Source: a virus
DNA: 64,000 nucleotides
Reading direction: 5' to 3' (one strand)
Virus record (IMG/VR): IMGVR_UViG_3300042566_000599
Coordinates: 32,346-96,345 of that record
This document shows, piece after piece, positions 16,831 through 25,955 of the stretch. The first letter of the stretch is position 1. Every line of letters begins with the position of its first letter. The position numbers and the translations under genes are program-made. The notes under the pieces were generated by a model that did not search any database, was not told the origin of the DNA, and saw only the letters and a list, made by a program, of their open reading frames with translations.

Positions 16831-17118
16831 TTAACTGGCTGTAATGACGAATACGATGGCGCTTATCTCTCCATCGCGGCTTTCAATTGTCGTAAAACCT
16901 GGCTTACAGGTTAAGTCCATGCCACGAGGAGCGACATAGCCACGAGAAATTGCGATTGCTTTTACAGCCTGGTTCACTGCTCCAGCGCCTACAGCACGTA
17001 GTTTGACCTCGTGCTTTTCATAGATTGCATGAGCGATTGCTGATGCAACGGATTGAGGGTTTGACCCTGCGCTTACTCGTAAAAACGGTTCTTCTGTAGA
17101 GGTTACTTCTATAGTCAC
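16831..17118 (-). CDS. spoVS: SpoVS-family (Alba-like) nucleic-acid-binding protein
   Basis: LRVSAGSNPQSVASAIA...RAVGAGAVNQAVKAIAISRGYVAPRGMDL.CKPGF signature. Confidence 0.9.
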   Translation of the reverse strand: MTIEVTSTEEPFLRVSAGSNPQSVASAIAHAIYEKHEVKLRAVGAGAVNQAVKAIAISRGYVAPRGMDLTCKPGFTTIESRDGEISAIVFVITAS

Positions 17119-17173
17119 AGATATGAGTCCTTTGGGTTCGATGTAGTGCCACTCCTAAGACAAAATAGTAGAA

Positions 17174-17752
17174 CTAATCTCTGGATTGGTCTCGATATTT
17201 GATGTCCTGAATTTGGGTTACGACAGCCTCTTCTACCTTGTCCTTGGCTATACCAGCAGCCAATCTAGCCAGAGCGTATGAGTCGGCAGCATTATCGTCG
17301 TTGAATTCTATGCCCCATCTTTTATATATTTGCAGCAACATCTCTTGCTTTTTAGCGTTCCCTTTACCTGCTGCATACTTCTTTAAAGTCATTGGAGGAA
17401 CCATTACTGGAAATCTAATGTCGTCATCAAAGTAGTCGTAGATGGTCAACTTTACTAGAGCAGATAGTTCACCCAGTACTAATGCGGAATGACTAGCAAG
17501 CACAGTGCCTTCCATCGCAATTTTCTGTATGGCATGAGTTTCAGAAATGTAGTCAAGATGGTCAAACAAAAATTGACGAATGTCTACTAGACGCTCAACA
17601 CCAAAGTAAGGTGATTTGTATACCCAAGTGTGATACTTAGACGGTTGATTAATTTGCAAAGCAGTGAAGGCAAATCCAGTAAGAGATTGGTCAATGCCTA
17701 TTGTTACCGAGTTACCATCTTCAAGATTACCGTCAAATGATTTGGTCGGCAC
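17174..17752 (-). CDS. ruvC: RuvC-like Holliday junction resolvase
   Basis: IGIDQSLTG, AME, P.TLKKYAAGKGNAKK, DNAADS motifs. Confidence 0.85.
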   Translation of the reverse strand: MPTKSFDGNLEDGNSVTIGIDQSLTGFAFTALQINQPSKYHTWVYKSPYFGVERLVDIRQFLFDHLDYISETHAIQKIAMEGTVLASHSALVLGELSALVKLTIYDYFDDDIRFPVMVPPMTLKKYAAGKGNAKKQEMLLQIYKRWGIEFNDDNAADSYALARLAAGIAKDKVEEAVVTQIQDIKYRDQSRD

Positions 17753-18017
17753 GGCGCTCTCTTTCGGTAATTACCATGTCAACAGTTCCTAGATAACCAG
17801 CGCCGTCTACCAAGTTATCCCTCTTATGTTTGTAGGCTTCTCTTGCAATCTTTACCCAAGTCATAGCAAGACCGACCTGTTCTTCTGTAAGTTCTATATT
17901 AAAGATTACTTCCCATCCCTTTTTGATTCGATTAAAGTTATCAAGGGGATGGTCGTAAGACTCATTTCTGTCATTGTTTATTAACTGGTGTGCTTCAGGC
18001 AAAATTGGTTCACTCAT
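17733..18017 (-). CDS. DUF6378-like (MazG-like dNTP diphosphohydrolase) protein
   Basis: DRNESYDHPLDNF.RI...M..VKIAR...DNLVDGAGY; ATGA-coupled start at 18017. Confidence 0.75.
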   Translation of the reverse strand: MSEPILPEAHQLINNDRNESYDHPLDNFNRIKKGWEVIFNIELTEEQVGLAMTWVKIAREAYKHKRDNLVDGAGYLGTVDMVITERERRADQII

Positions 18018-18889
18018 GGAATTAGTACATACCTTCCTGTTAGCCATTGGTTAGATGCAGTTGTTGTTGCGATGCTTGCGTATGTCTCATTAATTGTTGA
18101 CTTCAAGTTCTTCATCCACCACCCAGCAAAAGCAGCAGTGGAATTGGACGTGCCTACAGCAAATTGTTTTGTGCCATTCATTGCAGTATGAAAGAAACGA
18201 CCATTAGTGTAGAAGTCAGTAGATGTGTGGCCATTGCTGTACAAAGCAATAGTTGGAGTTGCGTCTTTATTCCAAGCCTCGCCACCTCGTAATGCAGGAT
18301 TATCGGTTGCTCCAACAGAGACTACATCAGCAATACAAGCAGGAACAGCGATATTGGCTCTGTTCTTTTCATTACCAGTGGAAGCAATTACTGCTACCTC
18401 TTGTTGTTTCAAGGAAGAAATTGTTCCAGTTAATTCGGATGTTGCTCTACATGGAGCGTTTACTTTTCCTTGAGAGATGCTAACGGCTTTAATATTGTGT
18501 TTAGAAGCATTTGCTACAACCCATTCAAGAGCCTTGGTAATATCGTCAATGGTGTAAGCACCTGCTCTACCATTAGTGCTCAATCCAAGAACTCGAATTA
18601 ACACAACTTTTGCATTAGGATTTACTCCTGTAAGAATTGAAAGCATGGTTGTCCCATGAGCAAAGGCTGGAAGTGAATTGGCTGCAACCGACGCTGCTCC
18701 AGTGCCTTCTTGAAAACGTGTTCCGTTAGGACAGGCTGCGTTAGAAACAATACAAACTTCGTGAACTACATTGTTTGGAAACAAAGATGCATTAAACCCA
18801 ACATCAATAATTGCAACAGTAGGCGATTGTGCGTTGGCTGGATATAAACCCCCAACCAATAGTAAAACTACAACCAATAACTTTTTCAT
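18014..18889 (-). CDS. Secreted subtilisin-like (S8) serine protease
   Basis: Signal peptide MKKLLVVVLLLVGG..ANA; triad IIDVG, HGT, GTS; oxyanion GN. Confidence 0.85.
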   Translation of the reverse strand: MKKLLVVVLLLVGGLYPANAQSPTVAIIDVGFNASLFPNNVVHEVCIVSNAACPNGTRFQEGTGAASVAANSLPAFAHGTTMLSILTGVNPNAKVVLIRVLGLSTNGRAGAYTIDDITKALEWVVANASKHNIKAVSISQGKVNAPCRATSELTGTISSLKQQEVAVIASTGNEKNRANIAVPACIADVVSVGATDNPALRGGEAWNKDATPTIALYSNGHTSTDFYTNGRFFHTAMNGTKQFAVGTSNSTAAFAGWWMKNLKSTINETYASIATTTASNQWLTGRYVLIP

Positions 18890-19353
18890 ACGTATTCCCT
18901 CCTTGGCCCTCCAGCCGTTCTACGAGTTATCTCTCTTGAAACTAAAGTGATGTCTCGTTCTTGGTTATTAAGCATCATTTCTAGAATCTTGCGACGAGCA
19001 TACTTCTCTTCGAACTTATCTTCAAGTTCTAAAACTTCAGAATCAACTGCAATCTGTGCTCTAATCAAAGTTACTTTATCGCCTTTTGTTGCAGAACCCA
19101 TTTTCTCTACCATTAGACGATTAGTCTTTAGGTCTAAGGCTCGTTGAGCCCCTCTTTCCTGTAACTGCGATTCCGCTAACTGAGAGGCTATGTAATCGGC
19201 CCAACCAGTTAACACAGTAAACAACTCAGCCAACTGCTCACTACTAAGAGAAGTAATGTCTGGCGGTAGAGGAGTTAACTCATAGGTGGGTTTTGGTACT
19301 TCAACAGCCTTTTCTAATAAAGGGTCCCAAGTATTTACGGAATTAAGTCGCAT
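18886..19353 (-). CDS. Coiled-coil protein, possibly UvsY-like recombination mediator
   Basis: Helical composition ending SREITRR; next to exonuclease and RecA. Confidence 0.45.
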   Translation of the reverse strand: MRLNSVNTWDPLLEKAVEVPKPTYELTPLPPDITSLSSEQLAELFTVLTGWADYIASQLAESQLQERGAQRALDLKTNRLMVEKMGSATKGDKVTLIRAQIAVDSEVLELEDKFEEKYARRKILEMMLNNQERDITLVSREITRRTAGGPRREYV

Positions 19354-20183
19354 TGTTTACACCCATCTCTAGATACGTTGCATTTAGGTATAACATCAGC
19401 ATCTACTGCATCAATTACTTTTTTAGCAGCGTTAAAAATTCTTTCAACAATTTCAAAATCAGCCTTTACTGTGAACTCTTTGTAGTCCTGGTCTGCTTTC
19501 AACTCATAAAGAAACACAATTTCTTTAGGCGCTTCATCTCCATACATACGACTAGCCAGTTCTAAGTACATTTGACCCTGCAATAGGTGACTGCGAAATG
19601 GTCTACGAATATTCTTCCAAGCCCTTGTAACATCACCATCAGCATCGTACAAAAGGTCTGGAGCCTCAAACCTCAGAGTTCCTGCTCCAATAGACTTTAT
19701 TTCTATCAAACAATCTTCACCAAGGTTCTTAATCCAACCATCTGTATGACCAGAAATACGTAATGAGTCTTCTCTAAGACTTACTTCACCGTACTCTAAA
19801 ACATCACATCCGCAATGCTCACACTCTTTAGGTGACAGTCCAAAAGTAATACCTTTGCAATAAACACAATTAAACTTTCCATACAAGTTACCCATTTCAT
19901 AAAAACGGTTTTGCCATTTTTCATGGATGGCGTGCCCTTCGTCAAAGATGTTCTGTAGTCTAAGAGACGGTTTGTCTGGCTTCTTTTTACCGCCTTTTAA
20001 TAGGTAAAAAGAATACCTATGACACCAATCAGACTTGATAATTTCAGATGGGTGTAAAACATCTGTTCTTCGGTCTGACTCTGGGCTACGCAAAAGGTGT
20101 CTCTCTACATCACCTATAAGACGTGTTTCAGTCTTTTTGGCATCCAAGAACTTCTTTAGGTCTTTCGACGCTTGAACTGGCAT
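19335..20183 (-). CDS. Cas4-like PD-(D/E)XK exonuclease
   Basis: HPS..C, G.AIH, GHTDG...IEIKS, Q..Y, C-terminal C..C. Confidence 0.8.
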   Translation of the reverse strand: MPVQASKDLKKFLDAKKTETRLIGDVERHLLRSPESDRRTDVLHPSEIIKSDWCHRYSFYLLKGGKKKPDKPSLRLQNIFDEGHAIHEKWQNRFYEMGNLYGKFNCVYCKGITFGLSPKECEHCGCDVLEYGEVSLREDSLRISGHTDGWIKNLGEDCLIEIKSIGAGTLRFEAPDLLYDADGDVTRAWKNIRRPFRSHLLQGQMYLELASRMYGDEAPKEIVFLYELKADQDYKEFTVKADFEIVERIFNAAKKVIDAVDADVIPKCNVSRDGCKQCDLIP

Positions 20184-20500
20184 TACACATCCTTACTAAA
20201 TATAAACTCTTCTAAGGTCATTTTCTTTTTGTATTTTTTTTGCCACTTTCGTACTAAAGCGTTCCTTTCTCGATGAGAGAGTCCTCCCCAAATTCCATGA
20301 GGCTCGTCTCTAGAGACTGCGTCCCATAAACATGCGTTTTTAACTGGACAGTGAGTTTTTCCGTTCTCACCAAAACAAAAAGCCTTTGCTTTTTCAGCAA
20401 TGACTTTGTACTGCTCCTTATCTCGTGGTGGATAAAAGAGGTCAGTATCTTCTCCTGAGCATTTAGCCTGATATCTCCAGGCGTACTCTGGTTCTTCCAT
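20183..20500 (-). CDS. whiB: WhiB-family transcription factor (second copy)
   Basis: AKC...DLFYP...AKAFC...CPV...C...HGIWGGLS. Confidence 0.9.
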   Translation of the reverse strand: MEEPEYAWRYQAKCSGEDTDLFYPPRDKEQYKVIAEKAKAFCFGENGKTHCPVKNACLWDAVSRDEPHGIWGGLSHRERNALVRKWQKKYKKKMTLEEFIFSKDV

Positions 20501-20503
20501 ATG

Positions 20504-20821
20504 TTAGGCATCCTTTGTCTTGTCTCGCATCTCTAGGAAATCATTCTCAAGAAGAATGACGTAATCTTCCCCATCGAGATGAATGCCTAAAACTGGCATT
20601 CTTCCTTCAAGGATTGCCTCTCTAACGTTCTTTTTTAAAACATCGGACTTTACAGTGAATTGTTTTTTTCCAGTCCACTTGTGCTCAATCAGCAGGTCGT
20701 CTGAACGCACATCGCCCTTTCTTGCCCAAAGAGCACCCGACGCCGCATTACGTGTTCCACCAATGGTTTTGGCAAGACGTTTCTCATGCTTCAGGGACTC
20801 TTTTTGCCCTTTACTCCTCAA
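20504..20821 (-). CDS. Hjc-like PD-(D/E)XK resolvase/endonuclease
   Basis: HEKRLAK...SGA...KGDV...LIEHK. Confidence 0.7.
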   Translation of the reverse strand: MRSKGQKESLKHEKRLAKTIGGTRNAASGALWARKGDVRSDDLLIEHKWTGKKQFTVKSDVLKKNVREAILEGRMPVLGIHLDGEDYVILLENDFLEMRDKTKDA

Positions 20822-21059
20822 GTTCTATTTTGCCTTCCTCGTAACCGTGAAGCAACTTAGGAACTATATAGAACAAGGTCTCTCTCCAAAAACACCTGTT
20901 ACAGCCACAAAAAGGTTCTCCCGATAATGTTTCAGTGACCTCTTCATCTGCTCCTTCAGAATAAACGGCTTCGAATAACATGTCGGTGTAGGTCTCTACC
21001 CCTCGTTCTAACTCTTCTGCCCATTCTGGGTCATTTACAAAAAACTCCTTCTCAGTCAT
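20811..21059 (-). CDS. Hypothetical acidic protein
   Basis: FCGCNRC motif; coupled genes. Confidence 0.65.
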   Translation of the reverse strand: MTEKEFFVNDPEWAEELERGVETYTDMLFEAVYSEGADEEVTETLSGEPFCGCNRCFWRETLFYIVPKLLHGYEEGKIELEE

Positions 21060-22098
21060 CGGAACCTACTGATATCGCGTCTGTAGATTCAAGAACAAGT
21101 TTTTCTAACTCTTCTTTTAAATCCAATTCACTGCGAAGACTGTCAATGACAGACTCAGTGCCTTGCCATTTTCTTTCACCGTAGTAATACCATCCACCCT
21201 TACGCTCTATAACCCCTTTGACGACTGCAAGAGCAGCGATTTCTTTAGCAAAGTCATACTCTCCAGGAAGGCAAGCGCCACCATTTGTAAAGTAAAAGTC
21301 AAAATATGCAACTCTTTGTGGGGGAGCCGTTTTATTCTTAAGAGTCCTAACCTTGATTCGTTGACCAATTCGGACCTTATTGTTACCTGAACCAAGTTCA
21401 ATCCATTCATCTCGACGGATTTCACACCGAGTAAAAAATGCATAATTCTTTCCCTCACCTCCAGGAGTGGTGCGAGGGTCTCCGTGCATTACACCAATCT
21501 TCATGCGGTACTGATTGATGACAATACCCAATACTGGGCGTTCTGCTTCAACAAGGCTTCTTTTCATTGCAGTACCGACAACTCTAAAGAACTTGTTAGT
21601 TAGTAGTGCTCCTCTTCCTACAGTTGCTTCGTCCATATTCTTTTCTAACTCAGGAGAAGGTGATAAGGCTGGAAGAGAGTCGATAACAATTGCGTCTACA
21701 GACTTAGACTCAGCAAAAGCAATGACTGCATCATAGGCTTCTTCCATAACGCTAGTCTCAACGACAATAACTCTGCTGGTATCGACACCACACATTTCAG
21801 CATATTCAGGTACCCATGCTTCTGCTGCAACCCAAACAGTTGTGAAGTTTGGGTCTTTCTCTTGATTAGCAGCGATAGTTTTTAAGGCTACTGCTGTCTT
21901 TCCATGAGACGGTTCGCCAATTAATTCATTCCATTGATTTCCAGGAAATCCACCGCCCAAGACATAGTCGAGAGTTGTAGAACCGCTGGTAAACCTAGGA
22001 ACAAGGTCAGAACGAATATCATTAGCAAACACAACAACGCCATCACCAAACTTTTTATTAAGTTGTGCGACAATCTTTTTTGCCTCATCAGTTATCAT
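21052..22098 (-). CDS. recA: RecA/UvsX recombinase
   Basis: TSGS..LD..LGGG, GEPSHGKT, IVIDS, INQ.R.KIGVMHGDPRTTPGG. Confidence 0.95.
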   Translation of the reverse strand: MITDEAKKIVAQLNKKFGDGVVVFANDIRSDLVPRFTSGSTTLDYVLGGGFPGNQWNELIGEPSHGKTAVALKTIAANQEKDPNFTTVWVAAEAWVPEYAEMCGVDTSRVIVVETSVMEEAYDAVIAFAESKSVDAIVIDSLPALSPSPELEKNMDEATVGRGALLTNKFFRVVGTAMKRSLVEAERPVLGIVINQYRMKIGVMHGDPRTTPGGEGKNYAFFTRCEIRRDEWIELGSGNNKVRIGQRIKVRTLKNKTAPPQRVAYFDFYFTNGGACLPGEYDFAKEIAALAVVKGVIERKGGWYYYGERKWQGTESVIDSLRSELDLKEELEKLVLESTDAISVGSDD

Positions 22099-22472
22099 CC
22101 ATCAATCCTTCCAACTATCTGTTGTGGGTTAAAGTTATTTGTTACATCGTTTCCTCGGGCTGACTTTGTTGTCCCCTCTACTTTTGCTCCAGTTAAAGAA
22201 CCGTATCGACTACCAGATTGCTCAAGAGGATACCCGCAGTCATAGCAACGTAACTTTGCGCCAGCAACACTCATGTAGTTGTTAGAAGAACAATTTGGAC
22301 AAGACTGTGTCTGTGCAGCACTCTGTGCCTTTGATAAAGGAGCAGAAGGCTGTGAAGGAACATACTGAGTCATAGGCTGTTGAGACGGTGGCATAGGCAT
22401 GTTTGTTGGACGCGATTGTTGTGGGGGTGTTTGTTGTCCTAGTTTATCTGCCCACCAGTTTGCATTACTCAT
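22095..22472 (-). CDS. Zn-ribbon protein with Pro/Gln-rich N-terminus
   Basis: CPNC...CYDCG. Confidence 0.65.
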   Translation of the reverse strand: MSNANWWADKLGQQTPPQQSRPTNMPMPPSQQPMTQYVPSQPSAPLSKAQSAAQTQSCPNCSSNNYMSVAGAKLRCYDCGYPLEQSGSRYGSLTGAKVEGTTKSARGNDVTNNFNPQQIVGRIDG

Positions 22473-23212
22473 CTTCCATCCCTTTCAACTTTTTTTCTTT
22501 TTGAAATATACTGCTTACTTCCAGAAAATTGAGTAAAAAAAGGCATTCTAAAATTTTCAAATCTTTTTTTGTCTTGTTCTGTTTGGTAACGAACCTCTAA
22601 GTTTAAAGGCTCTCTTTTAAATGGCACATATTGAACAAGAGGAGTTCCTCTTTTAATAAAAATTTCGTCTTTTTCTGAGGTTAACAACACTTGTTGGTTT
22701 ACAACATGGTGTGTATCAGTATCTATAATTCCAGGTAACACCGTAAACTCATTCGTGTAGTGATAAAACAAGGGTAATTGAAGCACTGAATAACCAGGAG
22801 GGGTTATAATATACCATGGGCAGTCTGACTTAAAAATAAAATTGCCATTTTGATTTAAGTGTTTAAAAGGAACGTGGGATAAAAACTGTTGGTTAGAGTG
22901 ACTACTCCAACGAAATTTTTCATGAGAAGTTCTCCAAGAATATTGTTCTGTATTTCTGTCATATTTTAAAATACTATCTGCCCACATAGGAATGACTATT
23001 CCTGCGGAAAAATAGTCGGGAAATGAAGGACAATTTTTTACGTTTCCTACAGTCACCTCTTTACTAGTTACTACGGTTTCTATTAAAGAAGTGGTCTTCC
23101 ACCACTCTGGAATAAATTTGTTTGCTGGTTTTGGCAATACTTCTTCAACCAACTCTAATCCTTCAAGTGTAGATACAACCTCTATTAAAGGAGTTACTTG
23201 TTTTTTAAACAC
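22469..23212 (-). CDS. Divergent dUTPase-fold-like protein
   Basis: KNCPSFPD..G, TPPGYS, LPGIIDTD, IKRGTPLVQYVPFKRE. Confidence 0.55.
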   Translation of the reverse strand: MFKKQVTPLIEVVSTLEGLELVEEVLPKPANKFIPEWWKTTSLIETVVTSKEVTVGNVKNCPSFPDYFSAGIVIPMWADSILKYDRNTEQYSWRTSHEKFRWSSHSNQQFLSHVPFKHLNQNGNFIFKSDCPWYIITPPGYSVLQLPLFYHYTNEFTVLPGIIDTDTHHVVNQQVLLTSEKDEIFIKRGTPLVQYVPFKREPLNLEVRYQTEQDKKRFENFRMPFFTQFSGSKQYISKRKKVERDGR

Positions 23213-25215
23213 TATTTAGCCTCTCCCCACTTGTTTACTATTTTTACGTCTGCAATAAGAGGAAATGTAATCTCTGGTAGGTGAATACCTTCCATCGACA
23301 CACGAATTGCTTCGGCGGTCTCTTCTGCTAAATCTTCACGAGCAACAGTAACCAATTCGTCGTGTACAGTCAAAACGACGTTGGCTGCTGGCTCATCTAC
23401 AAAACAAGAGTGTGCCCTTACAATTGCCAGTTTCATGATGTCTGCTGCAGACCCTTGAATTACCGTGTTAAACGCTTGACGTTCTGCTCTGGACCTTAAT
23501 CCCTGGTCTCTGCTCTTTAAGTCAGGTATATAACGACGTCGTCCAAATAGGGTAGATACAAACGGAGTCGGTGCCTGAGCGGAAGCCATACGGATAACTC
23601 GTGCTCGATATTTTGCAATGTCGTTGAACTGCTTACTGAATCGGTCTAACAGGTCTCTTGCATCTTTTACAGTACACCCAATGCTTTGAGCAATCTTCTC
23701 GGGTCCAACACCATAAGCGATAGATAGAACAAGAACTTTTCCAGCCTTACGGTCTACTCCCATCGTGTCACCAATAGTCGTGTATATGTCCCCGCCATCT
23801 ACATAATTTTTAACCATAATTGGGTCACCTGAAAAGGCTGCAATAATACGAGGCTCAATCTGGCTGTAGTCAGCAACAATCAATTTGTGACCAGGTGGAG
23901 CGATAAACAAATCTCGAATTAGTTTCCCGTACTCTCCGCCACTAGGGATGTTCTGAAGATTTGGGTCACTGCTAGAGAAACGACCTGTCTCTGCTCCATG
24001 CGATTTAAAATTTGTGTGCACTTTTTGATTTATTAAAAGTGACTTCTTCTCTACAATCTTTGTCTTTCCCATTACTGTGTGGGTAATCTCGCCACCTAAG
24101 TAGGGCATTACATAAGTTGTCATTAATTTATTTAAATCTTGGTACTCAAGAATTGCATCAACCAACTCGTCTTTATTGCGGTAGAACTCCAACGCATCAG
24201 ATGAAACAGAGTAGTGCTGGATTCCTAAGTTTTGAGGAGCAGTAGCAGCCACCTCTTGTCCTTTTGTAGTTAACGCTACTTTAATACGGAGGTTTGGCCT
24301 TATCCCTCTTCCGCCATCTTCTTTTGAAGAAAACAACAACTTCTGCTTTTCCTGCACAGAGTTCATGGAAAATGGAGTACCTACTAACTTCCAAGCCTTG
24401 GCCTTAGCAACGTCTATGTCTTTTTCAAGGCGATGCTTCAACTTAGTAAGTTCTACAACATCGATAGTTGCTCCAGCAAGTTCCATATCGCATAAAGAAG
24501 CAATTACGTCCATTTCAAGGTTCCAAACTCGGCTCAAATCCCCCTCAAGTTTAGGAGCCATAACTTTGTAGAGTTTGTAGGTAGCATCAGCATCGAGTCC
24601 TGAATAGTTTGCTACATCACTAAAAGAGTGAACCTCTACTTGTGCGCCAACACCTTTTTCAACAATAATTCCAAGTTCTCTCTTTGCGCAGTCAGCAAGC
24701 CCTAAGTAACCACGGTTTCGGTTGTTAACAATAAAGCCAGCCATCATTGTGTCAAAGAATGGTTTAGAGGGTACAACGCCACGGTAATACTTTGCAATAG
24801 ACTTTAAATCAAACTTTACATTGTGACCAATCTTTAACTTGTCACTAAAAAACAAAGGCTTAAGTGCTTTGAAAACATCACCTGGCAACAACTGGTCAGG
24901 AGCAGGACCGAATACTGGGGTCCACTTAGTTTGGTTTTTTGAGTAGTCTGTGTCCTTCAACTCTTTACCAGCGGCTAATTTACGTTGACCACTGAGTAAC
25001 AACTCTTTATCCCAATGCAAAAACTCACCATTAGGGTGACCCATCGGTATTACATCTACCCTGTCTTCTGTTGCAAGAGAAATCCACAGCACGTCGTTAA
25101 CAACGGGTTGGACTCGATTTTCTCCAACTGTTTCCACGTCAAATGCAAAAGCGTCTACGCGCTCATAGTGTGAAACTAAGTCGTCTAATTGTTTTTTGGT
25201 TGTAATAATGTTCAT
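23212..25215 (-). CDS. polA: Family A DNA polymerase with 3'-5' exonuclease
   Basis: FDVET, HNVKFD, TGRFSSSDPNLQNIP, ADYSQIEPR, R...K....S..YG, VHDE. Confidence 0.95.
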   Translation of the reverse strand: MNIITTKKQLDDLVSHYERVDAFAFDVETVGENRVQPVVNDVLWISLATEDRVDVIPMGHPNGEFLHWDKELLLSGQRKLAAGKELKDTDYSKNQTKWTPVFGPAPDQLLPGDVFKALKPLFFSDKLKIGHNVKFDLKSIAKYYRGVVPSKPFFDTMMAGFIVNNRNRGYLGLADCAKRELGIIVEKGVGAQVEVHSFSDVANYSGLDADATYKLYKVMAPKLEGDLSRVWNLEMDVIASLCDMELAGATIDVVELTKLKHRLEKDIDVAKAKAWKLVGTPFSMNSVQEKQKLLFSSKEDGGRGIRPNLRIKVALTTKGQEVAATAPQNLGIQHYSVSSDALEFYRNKDELVDAILEYQDLNKLMTTYVMPYLGGEITHTVMGKTKIVEKKSLLINQKVHTNFKSHGAETGRFSSSDPNLQNIPSGGEYGKLIRDLFIAPPGHKLIVADYSQIEPRIIAAFSGDPIMVKNYVDGGDIYTTIGDTMGVDRKAGKVLVLSIAYGVGPEKIAQSIGCTVKDARDLLDRFSKQFNDIAKYRARVIRMASAQAPTPFVSTLFGRRRYIPDLKSRDQGLRSRAERQAFNTVIQGSAADIMKLAIVRAHSCFVDEPAANVVLTVHDELVTVAREDLAEETAEAIRVSMEGIHLPEITFPLIADVKIVNKWGEAK

Positions 25216-25233
25216 ATAATCCCTCTAGTTAGA

Positions 25234-25271
25234 GTAAGAGAGCCTGAAACCTAAGTAACAGGCTCCCTTAC
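25234..25271 (-). promoter_or_regulatory. Intergenic hairpin between SSB and polA
   Basis: GTAAGAGAGCCTG/CAGGCTCCCTTAC inverted repeat; no clear U-tract. Confidence 0.5.
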
Positions 25272-25283
25272 TTGTGGAACGTC

Positions 25284-25931
25284 TTAAGCGACTGAGCGAG
25301 CAACCTCTAGTAGTTCAGAGCGAGGGGTCTCTCGAATTACTTCTGCTGTATAAGGTTCAGCGGATGCTACTAACTCATTAACCGTATCAGGGTTAAGTTT
25401 CCACTCCTCGGCAAGGTCACGACCACGGACGAAGTTGAGGGTGTACTGCGTCGTTGGGCCAGTGCCTAGTCGAGAAATCTCCCAGAACTCTTTTGAAAGA
25501 GGCCCTTTGCGCTCATCGTCATGTGCTTTCTTAATCTGACGAGCCAGTGATGGAGGAGCAGTAAGGATTTGTAGTCCCTCTGTCTCTCCAGCGAGTACGA
25601 GTACGTTAAATGCAAACTTACCACGAGGCTTGTCCCCAAGAATCTCGCACAACGGGCACTCGTCACCCATACATACAAAGGACTTCTTACCCTTAGGTCG
25701 CTCAATCCAGTGCTGTTCGTAAGTTGCAAATGGTGAATCCTCTAGGAACTTAACAAGTTGTGGTTCCTCAGAGAAACGGAAGTCGGTTGGATATTCAGAG
25801 TTCTCTGTGTTGAGAAGTGCATCAACGGCATCCCAGCCTTGTTGCACAGTTGTTCCAACCTTAGGTGTTGCTGTTTCGCTGTCTTCATCTAAGTAAGAAT
25901 CAGCGTTTACTGCTGGTTTTGTAATTGGCAT
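25284..25931 (-). CDS. Single-stranded DNA-binding protein (gp32-like)
   Basis: VKFL...QHW...C...CPLC Zn motif, G.G..T.Y; replication context. Confidence 0.65.
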   Translation of the reverse strand: MPITKPAVNADSYLDEDSETATPKVGTTVQQGWDAVDALLNTENSEYPTDFRFSEEPQLVKFLEDSPFATYEQHWIERPKGKKSFVCMGDECPLCEILGDKPRGKFAFNVLVLAGETEGLQILTAPPSLARQIKKAHDDERKGPLSKEFWEISRLGTGPTTQYTLNFVRGRDLAEEWKLNPDTVNELVASAEPYTAEVIRETPRSELLEVARSVA

Positions 25932-25955
25932 TTGTTTCTTTCTAGGTAATGAGGC

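Noticed and set aside
19335-20183. CRISPR-Cas component
   Set aside because: Solo Cas4-like exonucleases are common in phage recombination modules; no array or other cas genes
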